Made by a program: the position numbers and the translations under genes. From an uncultured Acidobacteriaceae bacterium (GTDB taxonomy: Bacteria > Acidobacteriota > Terriglobia > Terriglobales > Acidobacteriaceae): a stretch of 64,000 bases of DNA. Under the pieces are notes generated by a model that made no database searches, was not told the origin of the DNA, and worked only from the letters and a program-made list of their open reading frames with translations. This document shows, in pieces, positions 52,043-62,270 of this stretch (positions are counted from its first letter, which is position 1; each line of letters opens with the position of its first letter). The DNA is taken from positions 1,756,676 to 1,820,675 of the forward strand of contig OY970205.1 of the NCBI GenBank assembly GCA_963708335.1, given 5' to 3'.

Positions 52043-54553
52043 TTACGCTTTCTCTGGGATTGGACACGGCTTTACATTCCAGATTTCTTTCGCGTATTGA
52101 GCGATCGTGCGGTCGCTGGAAAACCTCCCCGACGCCGCTACATTCAAAATGGCCTTGCGCGCCCACTCGTTAGGATCGGCATACAACGCGCACAGCCGAT
52201 CGTCTGCCTCGAGGTACGACTTCAGGTCCGCCAGGTGCATGTAGTGATCGCCTTGCGTCAGCAACATTTCGCGCAAGGGCTCGAAGACGCCCGCCTCATA
52301 TCGGCTGAAATAATCCGAGAAGATCAAGTCCAGTGCTTGACGGGTCTCCGATTCGTGTTCGTAATGCCAGTGCGGGTTGTACCATCCTCGACTGCCGATC
52401 ACTTGCTCCGCCGTCAGCCCGAAGAGGAAAAAGTTTTCTTCGCCTGCCTCCGCGGCCATCTCAATGGTCGCGCCGTCGCGTGTACCGATTGTCAATGCGC
52501 CGTTCATCATGAATTTCATGTTGCTTGTGCCGCTGGCTTCGTAGCCCGCCGTCGAGATCTGGTTCGAAACGTCACTAGCGGGGATCAGATGCTCCGCAAG
52601 CGAAACGCAATACTCGGGCAGGAATATGACTTTCAACCGTCCGCGCACTGCGGGGTCGCTGTCGATGGTCGCAGCCAGGTTGTTAATGAATTTGATAATC
52701 ACTTTGGCGAGCCAATATGCAGGCGCAGCCTTGCCTGCGAAAAGAAACGTCCGTGGGGGCATGTCGAGCCCGGGGTCTTGCCGGAGCCGGTTATAGAGCA
52801 CTACGATCCTGAGTGCATTCAGGAACTGGCGCTTGTACTCGTGGATGCGCTTAACTTGGCAGTCGAAGATAGACTCCGGATCAAGCATCTGCCCCGTCGA
52901 CCAGAGAAGCCAATCGCAGAATTGTCGCTTGGCATCTCGTTTGGCCTTGCGGAAGTCATCGCGGAAGCCACTGTCTTCGGTGAATGCTCTAAGGTTGCCT
53001 AATTCGTTTAAATCACCGATCCAGCCGTCTCCAATGGCATCAGCGATGAGTCCGGAAAGCCCGGGATTGCATAACTGCAACCAGCGCCGGGGTGTCACTC
53101 CGTTGGTCTTGTTGTTGAAACGTTCAGGAAAGATCTCTGCGAGGTCTCTCAGTGTCGTCTGGCGCAACAGGTTCGAGTGAATCTCTGCCACTCCGTTGGT
53201 ACTGTGGGAGCCGACGACCGCCAGGTTGGCCATGCGTACCTTCTTGTCGGGACCATCCTCCACAATGCTCACGCGCTCAATCCGCTTTGTATCGCCTGGG
53301 AACCGCCCACGAACATCGCCCAGAAAGCGGCGATTGATCTCGTTGATGATCTCGAGGTGCCTGGGCAGCATTTCTTCAAACCAGCTGACGGGCCACTTTT
53401 CGAGGGCTTCGGGCAGCAATGTGTGATTCGTATACGCCAGCGTCTTCTGCGTAATGCGCCAAGCCTCGTCCCATCCGAGTCGCACCTGGTCCACCAGAAT
53501 TCGCATGAGTTCTGGAACCGATAGAGCCGGGTGCGTGTCATTCATCTGAATTGCCACTTTGTCGGCAAACAGGCTCCAATCCGAGTTGGAGCGTTGAAAG
53601 CGGCGCACCACATCTGCCAGTGAGCAGGCAACCAGGAAGTACTCCTGCATCAAGCGCAGCGCCTGTCCCATCACTCTGGAATCGTCGGGATAAAGGACGC
53701 GGGTCAGGGTTTCGGCCGAGAGGGTCTGAGTGAACGCTTCTACGAAATCGCCGTGCGAGAACTCTTCAAAGTTGAAGTAGTCGGGCGCAGCTGCGGCCCA
53801 GAGGCGCAGCGTATTGATCGTGGAACCGCCATATCCAATTACGGGGCGATCAAATGGGATACCAATCAGAGTCGACGGACGGCCAGGCACGGGGCGTAGG
53901 CTGCCACCGCTGAGCTCGAATGAGCAGCCCAGGTTGACTTCCACCTTCTCGTTCGGGCGGGCGATCTCCCAGGGGTCGGGAGAACGGAGCCAGTTGTCCG
54001 GCATTTCCCGCTGCCATCCATTTTGGATGGATTGTTTGAATATGCCGTATTCATATCGCAGTCCGTACCCCATGGCGGGTAGCTGCAGCGTGGCGGCGGA
54101 TTCAACGAAGCATGCCGCCAAACGTCCAAGACCGCCGTTGCCCAGGCCTGCATCGGGCTCCTGTTCTAAGATCTCGAGCAGGTTGAGTTTCTTGTCTACG
54201 ACGAACTGGTCTGTGAGTGGAGCGAGCAGAAGATTTGTGACATTATTTGCCAGCGAGCGGCCGATAAGGAACTCCATCGAGAGGTAGTAAAGCCGCTTAG
54301 GATTTCGTTCTTGGTAAGTCTTCTCTGTTAAGAGCCATCGCTGGGAGAGAACGTCGCGCACCGACCGGGCAAGGGCCTCGAAGCGGTCGCGCGCCGTCGC
54401 CGCCGCCAGGTCGACGCCGTTATCGAACAGCAAGTGCGTTTCATATAGTGCTTCATCCGTTCCGGAGAACTGCACTGGACCACATCCGTACTGACTGATG
54501 AGTCTCTCGGTCTCTGGCAACGCCTGCGGCTTTGCTGCGGCGTTAATATTCAT
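52043..54553 (-). CDS. glgP: glycogen/alpha-glucan phosphorylase
   Basis: 836 aa. YYLSMEFLIGRSL, GLGNGGLGRLAAC, and the PLP site EASGTSNMKFMMNGALTIGTRDGA. Confidence 0.95.
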   Translation of the reverse strand: MNINAAAKPQALPETERLISQYGCGPVQFSGTDEALYETHLLFDNGVDLAAATARDRFEALARSVRDVLSQRWLLTEKTYQERNPKRLYYLSMEFLIGRSLANNVTNLLLAPLTDQFVVDKKLNLLEILEQEPDAGLGNGGLGRLAACFVESAATLQLPAMGYGLRYEYGIFKQSIQNGWQREMPDNWLRSPDPWEIARPNEKVEVNLGCSFELSGGSLRPVPGRPSTLIGIPFDRPVIGYGGSTINTLRLWAAAAPDYFNFEEFSHGDFVEAFTQTLSAETLTRVLYPDDSRVMGQALRLMQEYFLVACSLADVVRRFQRSNSDWSLFADKVAIQMNDTHPALSVPELMRILVDQVRLGWDEAWRITQKTLAYTNHTLLPEALEKWPVSWFEEMLPRHLEIINEINRRFLGDVRGRFPGDTKRIERVSIVEDGPDKKVRMANLAVVGSHSTNGVAEIHSNLLRQTTLRDLAEIFPERFNNKTNGVTPRRWLQLCNPGLSGLIADAIGDGWIGDLNELGNLRAFTEDSGFRDDFRKAKRDAKRQFCDWLLWSTGQMLDPESIFDCQVKRIHEYKRQFLNALRIVVLYNRLRQDPGLDMPPRTFLFAGKAAPAYWLAKVIIKFINNLAATIDSDPAVRGRLKVIFLPEYCVSLAEHLIPASDVSNQISTAGYEASGTSNMKFMMNGALTIGTRDGATIEMAAEAGEENFFLFGLTAEQVIGSRGWYNPHWHYEHESETRQALDLIFSDYFSRYEAGVFEPLREMLLTQGDHYMHLADLKSYLEADDRLCALYADPNEWARKAILNVAASGRFSSDRTIAQYAKEIWNVKPCPIPEKA

Positions 54554-54668
54554 GCTCCCATTCCTCCAACGATTTTCTGGATTCCCGAACTCTAATCAAC
54601 TTCCAGCGTGACGCGCATGAGTTCACACTCCTGCGAATATGCGAGCAGTTACGGAACGATGCCTCGCT

Positions 54669-57110
54669 TCATTTCTTGCCGTAAGGCCACTTCCAGCCGC
54701 TGATCTCGGGGCTGTCAATTCCATGCTCGTAAGCATGACGCCGGCATGCAATCTGACAATCCCGGAATACCTCTTTGGCGTGCGCGCCGATTCGTTGCAG
54801 TTTCGGGATGCGATCAATGGCGTCGATGGCGAGACTGAATCGGTCTGTCTGGTTATTGATTGCCAGCTCCATCGGTGTGTTGATGTTCCCCTTTTCCTTG
54901 TAACCCCGTACGTGCAGGTTCCGATGGTTCGTGCGGCGGTAGGCGAGACGATGAATCAACCAGGGATAACCATGGAAGTTGAAGATGATCGGCTTGTCGG
55001 TCGTAAAGAGAGAATCGAAGTCGGCATCCGTTAAACCATGCGGATGCTCTGAGTTCGGTTGCAGCTTGAATAGGTCAACGACATTGACGAAACGGATCTT
55101 GAGATCAGGGAAACGTTCCCTGAGCAGCACAGTTGCGGCCAGCGCTTCCTGGGTTGGGATGTCCCCGGCTGCAGCAAATACAACATCCGGTTCCTGACCG
55201 TCATCATTGCTGGCCCAGTTCCAGATACCAATGCCTTTTGTGCAGTGGGTAATCGCGGCGTCGATGTCTAAGTACTGCACATGCTTCTGCTTGTCCGAGA
55301 CGATTACGTTGATGTAGTTTTCAGAACGCAGGCAGTGATCCGCGACTGAGAGCAAGCAATTGACATCTGGAGGAAGATAGATGCGAGTAACTTCTGCGCT
55401 CTTGTTCAGCACTACGTCGAGGAAACCAGGATCCTGGTGCGTGAAGCCGTTATGATCCTGTCGCCAGACGGTTGACGTAATGAGGAGATTCAGTGATGCG
55501 ATCTTGCGGCGCCAAGATAAATGATTACAGATTGACAACCATTTGGCATGCTGATTGAACATCGAGTCGATCACGTGCACAAAAGCTTCATAAGACGATA
55601 GAAAGCCGTTGCGGCCCGTCAGCAGGTAGCCCTCGAGCATGCCCTCCATCGTGTGCTCGCTCAACATTTCGACAACGCGTCCGTCAGGTGCCAGTTCTGT
55701 TCCATCACGGTCTTCTGGGAGAGTTTCAGCGATCCAGAATTTCTTCGAGACCTCATAAATCGCATCAAGCTTGTTGGACGTGTTCTCGTCTGGCGCGAAA
55801 ACCCGGAAACTCTGCATATTCGACTTCATGACATCGCGCAGGAAGCGTCCTAGTGGCGGGACGTTCTCGACTTCGGTATTTCCCGGGCGGTCGATCTTAA
55901 CGGCATAATTGCGGAACTCTGGCAAGCGCAATTTCTTCCGGAGCTCTGCATTCGCGTGCGGGCTGGCGCTCATGCGGCGCTGCCCTTTCGGAGCAAATGC
56001 GGCAATCTCCGGTCGCACCCTTCCTTTCTCGTCGAAGAGTTCTTCCGGCTTGAACGAGCGCAACCAGGTCTCGAGGAGGCGCAGGTGTTCTGGGTTAGTC
56101 TTCACGTCAGTTAGAGGAACTTGATGCGCACGCCAGAACGCTTCAATGTGATGCCCGTCTATCAGGGCCGGTGCGCTCCATCCCTTTGGCGACCGTAATA
56201 CCACCATCGGCCAGCGTGGCCGGGTCGCGACGCCGCTCTCACGACACTCTTGCTGATGCGCGTGAATCTCGGCAATGCATCGCTCCAGCGTCGCGGCCAT
56301 CGCCTGATGCATGCTGTCGGGCTCAGACCCCTCGACGAAATATGGATTCCAGCCATACCCGCGTAACAGATCCTCCAATTCTTCGTGAGTGATCCGCGCG
56401 AGCAAGGTCGGGTTGTTGATCTTGTATCCATTGAGGTGAAGGATTGGCAGCACGGCCCCATCGCGAATTGGATTCAGAAACTTGCTGATGTGCCATGAGG
56501 TCGCGAGCGGGCCCGTTTCGGCCTCGCCGTCGCCCACCACTGCGGCCACGATTAGCTCGGGATTATCGAACGCGGCTCCGCAAGCGTGCGAGAGGACATA
56601 TCCCAATTCTCCGCCTTCGTGAATGGAACCCGGCGTTTCTGGAGTACAGTGGCTGCCAATACCGCCGGGGAATGAGAACTGCTTGAAGAACTCTCGCAGG
56701 CCTTTCTCATCTTGGCTTTTCTCGGGGTAGATTTCGCTGTACGTGCCTTCCAGATAGATAGGCGCTAACACTCCCGGCGCGCCGTGTCCTGGGCCTGCGA
56801 GAAAAATCATCTCGAGGTCGTCTCTCTTTATAAGGCGACTTAGATGGGTGTAGAGGAAGGCGAGGCCTGGGCTTGAGCCCCAATGGCCGAGCAATCGGCT
56901 CTTGATATGTTCTGATTTCAGGGGTTCCCGCAGCAGGGGATTTGCCTGGAGGTAGATCATTCCTAAAGCCAGGTATTTGCATGCGCGCCAGTAAGCGTCG
57001 ATCCTGCTCAGTTGATCTGGGCTGAGCGGTGCGCCCGCGACGGTTGACCTTGCTTTGCCTTCAGCGCTCAGAGATCCGGCTAATTCTTCAATTCCAGCTA
57101 GAGATGCCAT
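54669..57110 (-). CDS. xfp: xylulose-5-phosphate/fructose-6-phosphate phosphoketolase
   Basis: 813 aa. [42 protein letters not shown]. Confidence 0.93.
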   Translation of the reverse strand: MASLAGIEELAGSLSAEGKARSTVAGAPLSPDQLSRIDAYWRACKYLALGMIYLQANPLLREPLKSEHIKSRLLGHWGSSPGLAFLYTHLSRLIKRDDLEMIFLAGPGHGAPGVLAPIYLEGTYSEIYPEKSQDEKGLREFFKQFSFPGGIGSHCTPETPGSIHEGGELGYVLSHACGAAFDNPELIVAAVVGDGEAETGPLATSWHISKFLNPIRDGAVLPILHLNGYKINNPTLLARITHEELEDLLRGYGWNPYFVEGSEPDSMHQAMAATLERCIAEIHAHQQECRESGVATRPRWPMVVLRSPKGWSAPALIDGHHIEAFWRAHQVPLTDVKTNPEHLRLLETWLRSFKPEELFDEKGRVRPEIAAFAPKGQRRMSASPHANAELRKKLRLPEFRNYAVKIDRPGNTEVENVPPLGRFLRDVMKSNMQSFRVFAPDENTSNKLDAIYEVSKKFWIAETLPEDRDGTELAPDGRVVEMLSEHTMEGMLEGYLLTGRNGFLSSYEAFVHVIDSMFNQHAKWLSICNHLSWRRKIASLNLLITSTVWRQDHNGFTHQDPGFLDVVLNKSAEVTRIYLPPDVNCLLSVADHCLRSENYINVIVSDKQKHVQYLDIDAAITHCTKGIGIWNWASNDDGQEPDVVFAAAGDIPTQEALAATVLLRERFPDLKIRFVNVVDLFKLQPNSEHPHGLTDADFDSLFTTDKPIIFNFHGYPWLIHRLAYRRTNHRNLHVRGYKEKGNINTPMELAINNQTDRFSLAIDAIDRIPKLQRIGAHAKEVFRDCQIACRRHAYEHGIDSPEISGWKWPYGKK

Positions 57111-57218
57111 TTTTTAATTTCCTCACTCCGCCTTGTGCAACCCGAGATTTTGGGCTTCATCGAACGCTTGCCTTTGTTGGGGCCAAACATCCATCCACAA
57201 ACTCATCTCATGCTGCTT

Positions 57219-57392
57219 TCAGTTAACACTTTGAAGACTCCAGCATTGCTCCCCGCCTCTACGTTGCAACTCGCGTTGGATCTGTTCGATTTCTGTAGCC
57301 TCGCTGGCACTGATAGCAACTTCTCCAGCGAGAATGATGTACAGCATGTCAATCAGTGTGTCAGTCGGAACATTCATCAGTTCTCCGAGCAT
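57219..57392 (-). CDS. small hypothetical protein
   Basis: 57 aa from ATG 57392 with an AAGGGAG RBS. The longer 133-aa track ORF has an implausible Cys/Arg/Trp-rich N-terminus. Confidence 0.25.
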   Translation of the reverse strand: MLGELMNVPTDTLIDMLYIILAGEVAISASEATEIEQIQRELQRRGGEQCWSLQSVN

Positions 57393-57619
57393 GCTCTGCT
57401 CCCTTAAAACAATTTGAAGATCGCATTTCGTATTCGCAATCCGCCTGCCACAAGTGGTTCGCTGTAAGTGGATGAAAATGCCTGTTTGCCAACGGGATCG
57501 GTATCTGACGCCCCACACATCGGATGACCTGCCAAGGGCACTGACCGAGTTTGGGCAGCACCACTTTCCTAGCCGCTTGGCCCCCACTCGTGCGATACAC
57601 ATCGATGAGTGTTGATTCA

Positions 57620-58804
57620 TTACGGCTTTTCAGCGGGCGTTTGCTGAATCTGAATGGTGGAGATCCGGTCCGCATTCGTCGTATCGACCGAAACGATTCC
57701 AAAATTCCCGTTCGAGTCGCGCGCTCGAATGGTTACTGTGGACTGTTTTCCAGAAACTTCGGGAACGATCTTCCCGGCGACGAGTATAGTCAGCCGCAGA
57801 CCCGCGCCGGGATCGCCGGGATTGATCTGTTCGACTTTTTGTTGCGTTGTTCGCTCAGCAGCGGAACTCGAGCTCCCGGTACTGGTTTTGCGCTCAACGA
57901 AGTGCAGTCTACCGTCCCGCGCCATTCCCGGGACGTCGATGGAATAGGTCTCCACGACGCTGCGCTGTTCTCCGGAAGTGCTCTCGGACTCCTGGCTTAC
58001 CACACGAGAGATTTGACCTAACTTTCCTTCCGCATCGGGCCGAAATACTCGCTCCTCGATCTTGCGGTCTTTGGCTTCTTGCGTCGGAATATTTTGCCGT
58101 ATCTCGCTCAGTTGCCACTTTCCGTTAATGTCGGGAAGCCACGTAGTTTTTTCAGTTTCCACTGCACCGTTTGCGGCTCGCTTGCGGAGTTCGTGCGTCT
58201 TGAAAGCTGGAGCCAAGCCGCCATTGAGGTTTGTGAGCATCACCGTCGTGTCCGTTTCTTCCAGATCCTTACCGATCCTTTTCGTGTCCACGATTTCGCG
58301 TTGTACTGGTTGAAGGTTTCCATTGACATCGGGATTGGAGGTCACGCGTACTACATTCGATTGATCGCCTGGCAGGATGTGTTTCTCTTCTTCCGTTACC
58401 TGCACCAGGGCTTTCCTTCCATTTACATCTCGACCGAACGTGCGCATGGTGGTTCTTACGGTGGCAGCATCGACGGTCAGGGTCTCCCTTTCGATATCCT
58501 GGTAAGGTTCGAAATGTCCATCGGTCCCGCCGATCTCGACCGATCGCTTGTCTAGCGTGCGGTCGCCATTCTGGCTATGACTTTCGACGATGCGCACGGG
58601 AATACGTTCAGGAATTTGATTGTCGCTCTTTAGCTCCGTTGTGGACTGCCACGGATTGGGCAGTTCCTGGGTTGTTTGGGAACCAGACATTTGAGCAGAG
58701 ACGCTCGCACCAAAACAAAAATATGTGCCAAGTGTCAGGACTAAGACGTAGCCTAAATAAGAAACAACGAGCGCATGCAGCACAGAGGTAGTCGTTGTTG
58801 ACAT
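57620..58804 (-). CDS. secreted/anchored repetitive hypothetical protein
   Basis: ATG 58804. Hydrophobic N-terminal segment. Recurring D.NG(K/N/R).....V-type units. No domain recognised. Confidence 0.5.
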   Translation of the reverse strand: MSTTTTSVLHALVVSYLGYVLVLTLGTYFCFGASVSAQMSGSQTTQELPNPWQSTTELKSDNQIPERIPVRIVESHSQNGDRTLDKRSVEIGGTDGHFEPYQDIERETLTVDAATVRTTMRTFGRDVNGRKALVQVTEEEKHILPGDQSNVVRVTSNPDVNGNLQPVQREIVDTKRIGKDLEETDTTVMLTNLNGGLAPAFKTHELRKRAANGAVETEKTTWLPDINGKWQLSEIRQNIPTQEAKDRKIEERVFRPDAEGKLGQISRVVSQESESTSGEQRSVVETYSIDVPGMARDGRLHFVERKTSTGSSSSAAERTTQQKVEQINPGDPGAGLRLTILVAGKIVPEVSGKQSTVTIRARDSNGNFGIVSVDTTNADRISTIQIQQTPAEKP

Positions 58805-59108
58805 GCTTTTCAGTCGGGCCGCCACCGCATCTGCGGCCGTCGGTGTCCATTTGTATCGGTGACTACCACCCATCGCATGAACACACGATGAAATTCCGGC
58901 TTCTCGTGAGTCAACGGACTTAACGTTACAGAGCGCACTGTCTTCTCCTTTCTCCCTCGCATCCTCATTCCTGCTTCAATTCTGCGGAGACGTCCGCAGA
59001 GATGCTTGCAGTGGCGACGTTCCACCCAATGGTTCTGAATCGATCAGAGATGCAGATGATGCATTGGCCATGCTCAGCACTTCTTTCTGCGACCTGTGAT
59101 CATTCGAG

Positions 59109-60149
59109 TTAGTGCTTACCCCTGCTTGTGAACCTGCTCAAGATAAACTCCTGAGCCAACCCACCAAAAACATGCAAGCCCATTCCGACTCCAAAGTTTC
59201 CGAATACATGCCGAGCATTGCGCTCGGAACTTGGGTAGTACGCGAGGGAAATAGAAGAAGAAATCAGGCTGCCGCCCCAAGTAGAATAGTTTGGCTGCCA
59301 CGCTCCGTTGTCTCCCTTGCAGATAAATGCAGCTAACATGGCGTGAAGCGTCCGGGACTTTGTACCGCTGCCTTGGTAAAAATAACGGGGGTCTTGATGC
59401 AGCAGTGATGGCAGAATCGCATTGCCAATCAAGCCTTCTGTAACGCCGTCTGCGAGGCCCGTCCCTAACCGGTCTCCATATCCTCTTGCATTTCGGGGGT
59501 AATTACGAAGACCGCCGGCCTGCTCCACTCCTGCCCATGCAGCGGTGCGGGCGAAGAAGACTGGATGGGTGAGATCTTTGTAGGCTAGTTGAAACTTCAT
59601 CTTTGTGGTAAGAGGCTCCGGATGCGGTTCATAAGTCACATAAAAATTAGGAATAAAGCCTAAAACGCGCTGCTGTTCTTCAGCTTTGAGCTGTTGGGCA
59701 GCTACCTCCTTCTCCGAGTAACTCACGGTAACGGCCCGCTGCACAGCCAGAATGCGAAGTTTGACCTCGGGAAGAGTCTTATCCTGGCCGGGTTCAACTG
59801 TGATGGAAGAACTCCAGTCTGCAAATCCTTCAGCTGTGACAGTGACCTGACAGGAGATTTCCGCCGGGGCTTGGTCGAACACAAAGGCTCCATCGTCCTT
59901 TGTTACGGCCGTGAGACGATCGCCTGCCGGCCCTTGGAGGACCACTGTGGCGCCGGCGATCGGATCGTCGGTCGTATCCACCACGGTACCGAGGATCCTT
60001 CCTGTTTTTGCACTTGCCGGTTCAAACGACTGCGCCGACATGGGGACTACAAGGATCACTCCACCCAGGATGGTCAGCACCAACATCTGTGCCCGTTTCC
60101 GGAGCGTGGCCAACGATCGCTCAGGTGAAACATACGTTTTGTTTTGCAT
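59109..60149 (-). CDS. CarboxypepD_reg-like domain protein with uncharacterised C-terminal domain
   Basis: ATG 60149. Signal/anchor. GRILGTVVDTTDDPIAGATVVLQG...TKDDGAFVF. Confidence 0.6.
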   Translation of the reverse strand: MQNKTYVSPERSLATLRKRAQMLVLTILGGVILVVPMSAQSFEPASAKTGRILGTVVDTTDDPIAGATVVLQGPAGDRLTAVTKDDGAFVFDQAPAEISCQVTVTAEGFADWSSSITVEPGQDKTLPEVKLRILAVQRAVTVSYSEKEVAAQQLKAEEQQRVLGFIPNFYVTYEPHPEPLTTKMKFQLAYKDLTHPVFFARTAAWAGVEQAGGLRNYPRNARGYGDRLGTGLADGVTEGLIGNAILPSLLHQDPRYFYQGSGTKSRTLHAMLAAFICKGDNGAWQPNYSTWGGSLISSSISLAYYPSSERNARHVFGNFGVGMGLHVFGGLAQEFILSRFTSRGKH

Positions 60150-60160
60150 TGTAGATATTC

Positions 60161-61120
60161 CTAGCTCGTGGAAAGATTGAAGTTGATCGTGATCCGGGAG
60201 TCCACTTCCACCGGTTCTCCGTCTATTACGTAAGGCTTGTAACGCCATTGCTTCACCGCATCGATTGCGGCTTGCGCAAGTATTGGTAGACCGCTCTCGA
60301 TCCGCACATCCTTCACCGTGCCATCCGTACCGATCACGGCCATCAGCACCACTGTTCCTTCAATGCGCGCCCGGCCAGCCTCCGGCGGATACTGCGGCGG
60401 AACGTCGTGAATCAGGTTCGTCTCCGCCACCCGAGAGGCGATACGCATTCTCTTAGCGGGCAGGGGATCGGGTGATTTCGCAAGAATCGGAACGCTTCGG
60501 GCGCTGGTCGGCATTTCGGCCAACACTCCACCGGAGACTCCCCCGACCATTCCACCGGGAAGTCCGCCCACCACTCCGCCGATAGTGCCTACCGGCGGTG
60601 TCGGCGCCTCTTCCAACTTGCGCACCGGGCTGAGAATGGCCGTGCTTGTGGGCGTGTATGAAGATGTGGGCTTGGGCGCTTGGAACTTCGCGGGATTCCC
60701 ACCCGCAGCCGGCGGCGGCTGCAGATACAACATCGTCAGCGTTTCCCTCTTGGGAAGTGGATCCGTGTGAAGCAGCGGAACGATAATTGCCGCCAGCACG
60801 ATGACCGTCAAGAAAACCAACGATCCCATTACTGACCAGGGATTTCGCGGTCGTGATTCGATTACATAAAAAATGTTATCGATGTCGTTTCGTTGCTGGG
60901 GAGGGCGAAGCTCTCTTTCCTCATCCGCTGGAAATGCTGGAAACCGCGAATCGATTCGCGCCTCGTACCTCTCGCGGGAGGGGTATGCAATGCGATTGAC
61001 TAAGTCCGTAGGATGGTCACAAGTTGCCATAGCGCATTTGGTAAAAGCATTTTGGGTACCAAGTGCAACTTCTTGTGGAACAAGTAGATGGACGGCGAGA
61101 TTCGAATTGCGTGTGACCAC
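60161..61120 (-). CDS. TonB-family energy-transducer-like protein
   Basis: TM helix, Pro-rich spacer, and C-terminal TonB_C (PPQYPPEAGRARIEGTVVLMAVIGTDGTVKDVRIESG...AAIDAVKQWRYKPY). Start uncertain. Confidence 0.75.
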   Translation of the reverse strand: MVTRNSNLAVHLLVPQEVALGTQNAFTKCAMATCDHPTDLVNRIAYPSRERYEARIDSRFPAFPADEERELRPPQQRNDIDNIFYVIESRPRNPWSVMGSLVFLTVIVLAAIIVPLLHTDPLPKRETLTMLYLQPPPAAGGNPAKFQAPKPTSSYTPTSTAILSPVRKLEEAPTPPVGTIGGVVGGLPGGMVGGVSGGVLAEMPTSARSVPILAKSPDPLPAKRMRIASRVAETNLIHDVPPQYPPEAGRARIEGTVVLMAVIGTDGTVKDVRIESGLPILAQAAIDAVKQWRYKPYVIDGEPVEVDSRITINFNLSTS

Positions 61121-61478
61121 ATGAGGGCATCTGCCTTCAAAAGGTCATAATGAGAAACAGGTTCGGACATTGGACTGATATGCAACTTGATGGCGTCGTA
61201 TATCGAAGTCAAAACATCAAGGGTCGACAGCCGTGGATCACTTGCACCCTCGGTCAGTGCGCTATTTTTCCTTTGATACGGTGCTCCCGATTGTGTTCGG
61301 GAAAAGGAAACGGACGCCGGCGAGTTTCTTTGCGGGTTCTATTCGCCTGGATCGGTGAAGGATCTCATCCGCGCCGACGAAGGTAAGATGGCGGGAACGC
61401 CCGGCGGGCTGTTCATGCGAATTGGACTGCCGTACTGAAGGAGCGCTGAGCCACGAATCAGCGGAGATCGATGTTTTG

Positions 61479-62270
61479 TTAAAACTCTTCGGCGATTGTA
61501 CCTACTGCTTCGCTAGGCGGCGAGGTCAGTGTTCCTCCGCCAGCCTGCGTAATTTGGTAATCGCGATACGCAATGCTTAGAACCGCCGTTCCGAAAACTC
61601 GCACCTTCGTTTCGCTCTCGTTCGATTCCGGCAGCCAGAAGTCACCGATTTTCCGATAGCTGCGCTTGAACTCAGTCTTGACGGTCCACCAGGAAGGGTT
61701 GACGGCTGGCTCGCCCTCGACTCGAGTTATCGCAAAATCTTTTGCATTCACCCATATTCGGCCCCGAAACAGAAACTTGTTCTTGCTTCGCGGCTGTGCA
61801 TGGAGCACGTAGAATTCGTCCGTATCAGTCTTCTCGTAGTCAGAAACTTGAAATATATAATTTTCAGGTGTGATCGCCGAACGCTGCTGATTTTCATCCC
61901 GCATCGACTCCTGTTCCGCCTCCAGGAGTTTCTTGAACACACGGTCCCGCACCGTGCCAGAGCCACTCTCTGAGATGATCGTGAACTCTTTTGAATTGGG
62001 TGCCTGGTAGTCAGTGCGTACCACCATGTCCGCCTTCTTGTGTGACAGACAGTGGCACTCCAAATGATAACTGCGAACACTGGAATAGCTTTCCAGCGCT
62101 TTGGCACGCACTTCGTTCATCTCTACGACACGTCCCATCACCTCATCAGCGGTCAGTAGTGCGGCTACATTTGCCTGCTGTGCAACTGCTGGGACGCTGA
62201 TCATCAACAAAGCGAAGGCGCGCACAAACCAGCGCCCATCAGATTTCCTCGCGTGGTAAAGCGGAGTCAT
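61479..62270 (-). CDS. LolA-like outer-membrane lipoprotein-sorting-type protein
   Basis: Signal peptide. FLFRGRIWVNAKDFAITRVEGEP...FWLPESNESETKVRVFGTAVLSIAYRDYQI resembles the LolA_like family. The start overlaps the upstream stop. Confidence 0.45.
   Translation of the reverse strand: MTPLYHARKSDGRWFVRAFALLMISVPAVAQQANVAALLTADEVMGRVVEMNEVRAKALESYSSVRSYHLECHCLSHKKADMVVRTDYQAPNSKEFTIISESGSGTVRDRVFKKLLEAEQESMRDENQQRSAITPENYIFQVSDYEKTDTDEFYVLHAQPRSKNKFLFRGRIWVNAKDFAITRVEGEPAVNPSWWTVKTEFKRSYRKIGDFWLPESNESETKVRVFGTAVLSIAYRDYQITQAGGGTLTSPPSEAVGTIAEEF

Noticed and set aside
52001-53002. 333-aa ORF on the plus strand
   Set aside because: Antisense to glgP.
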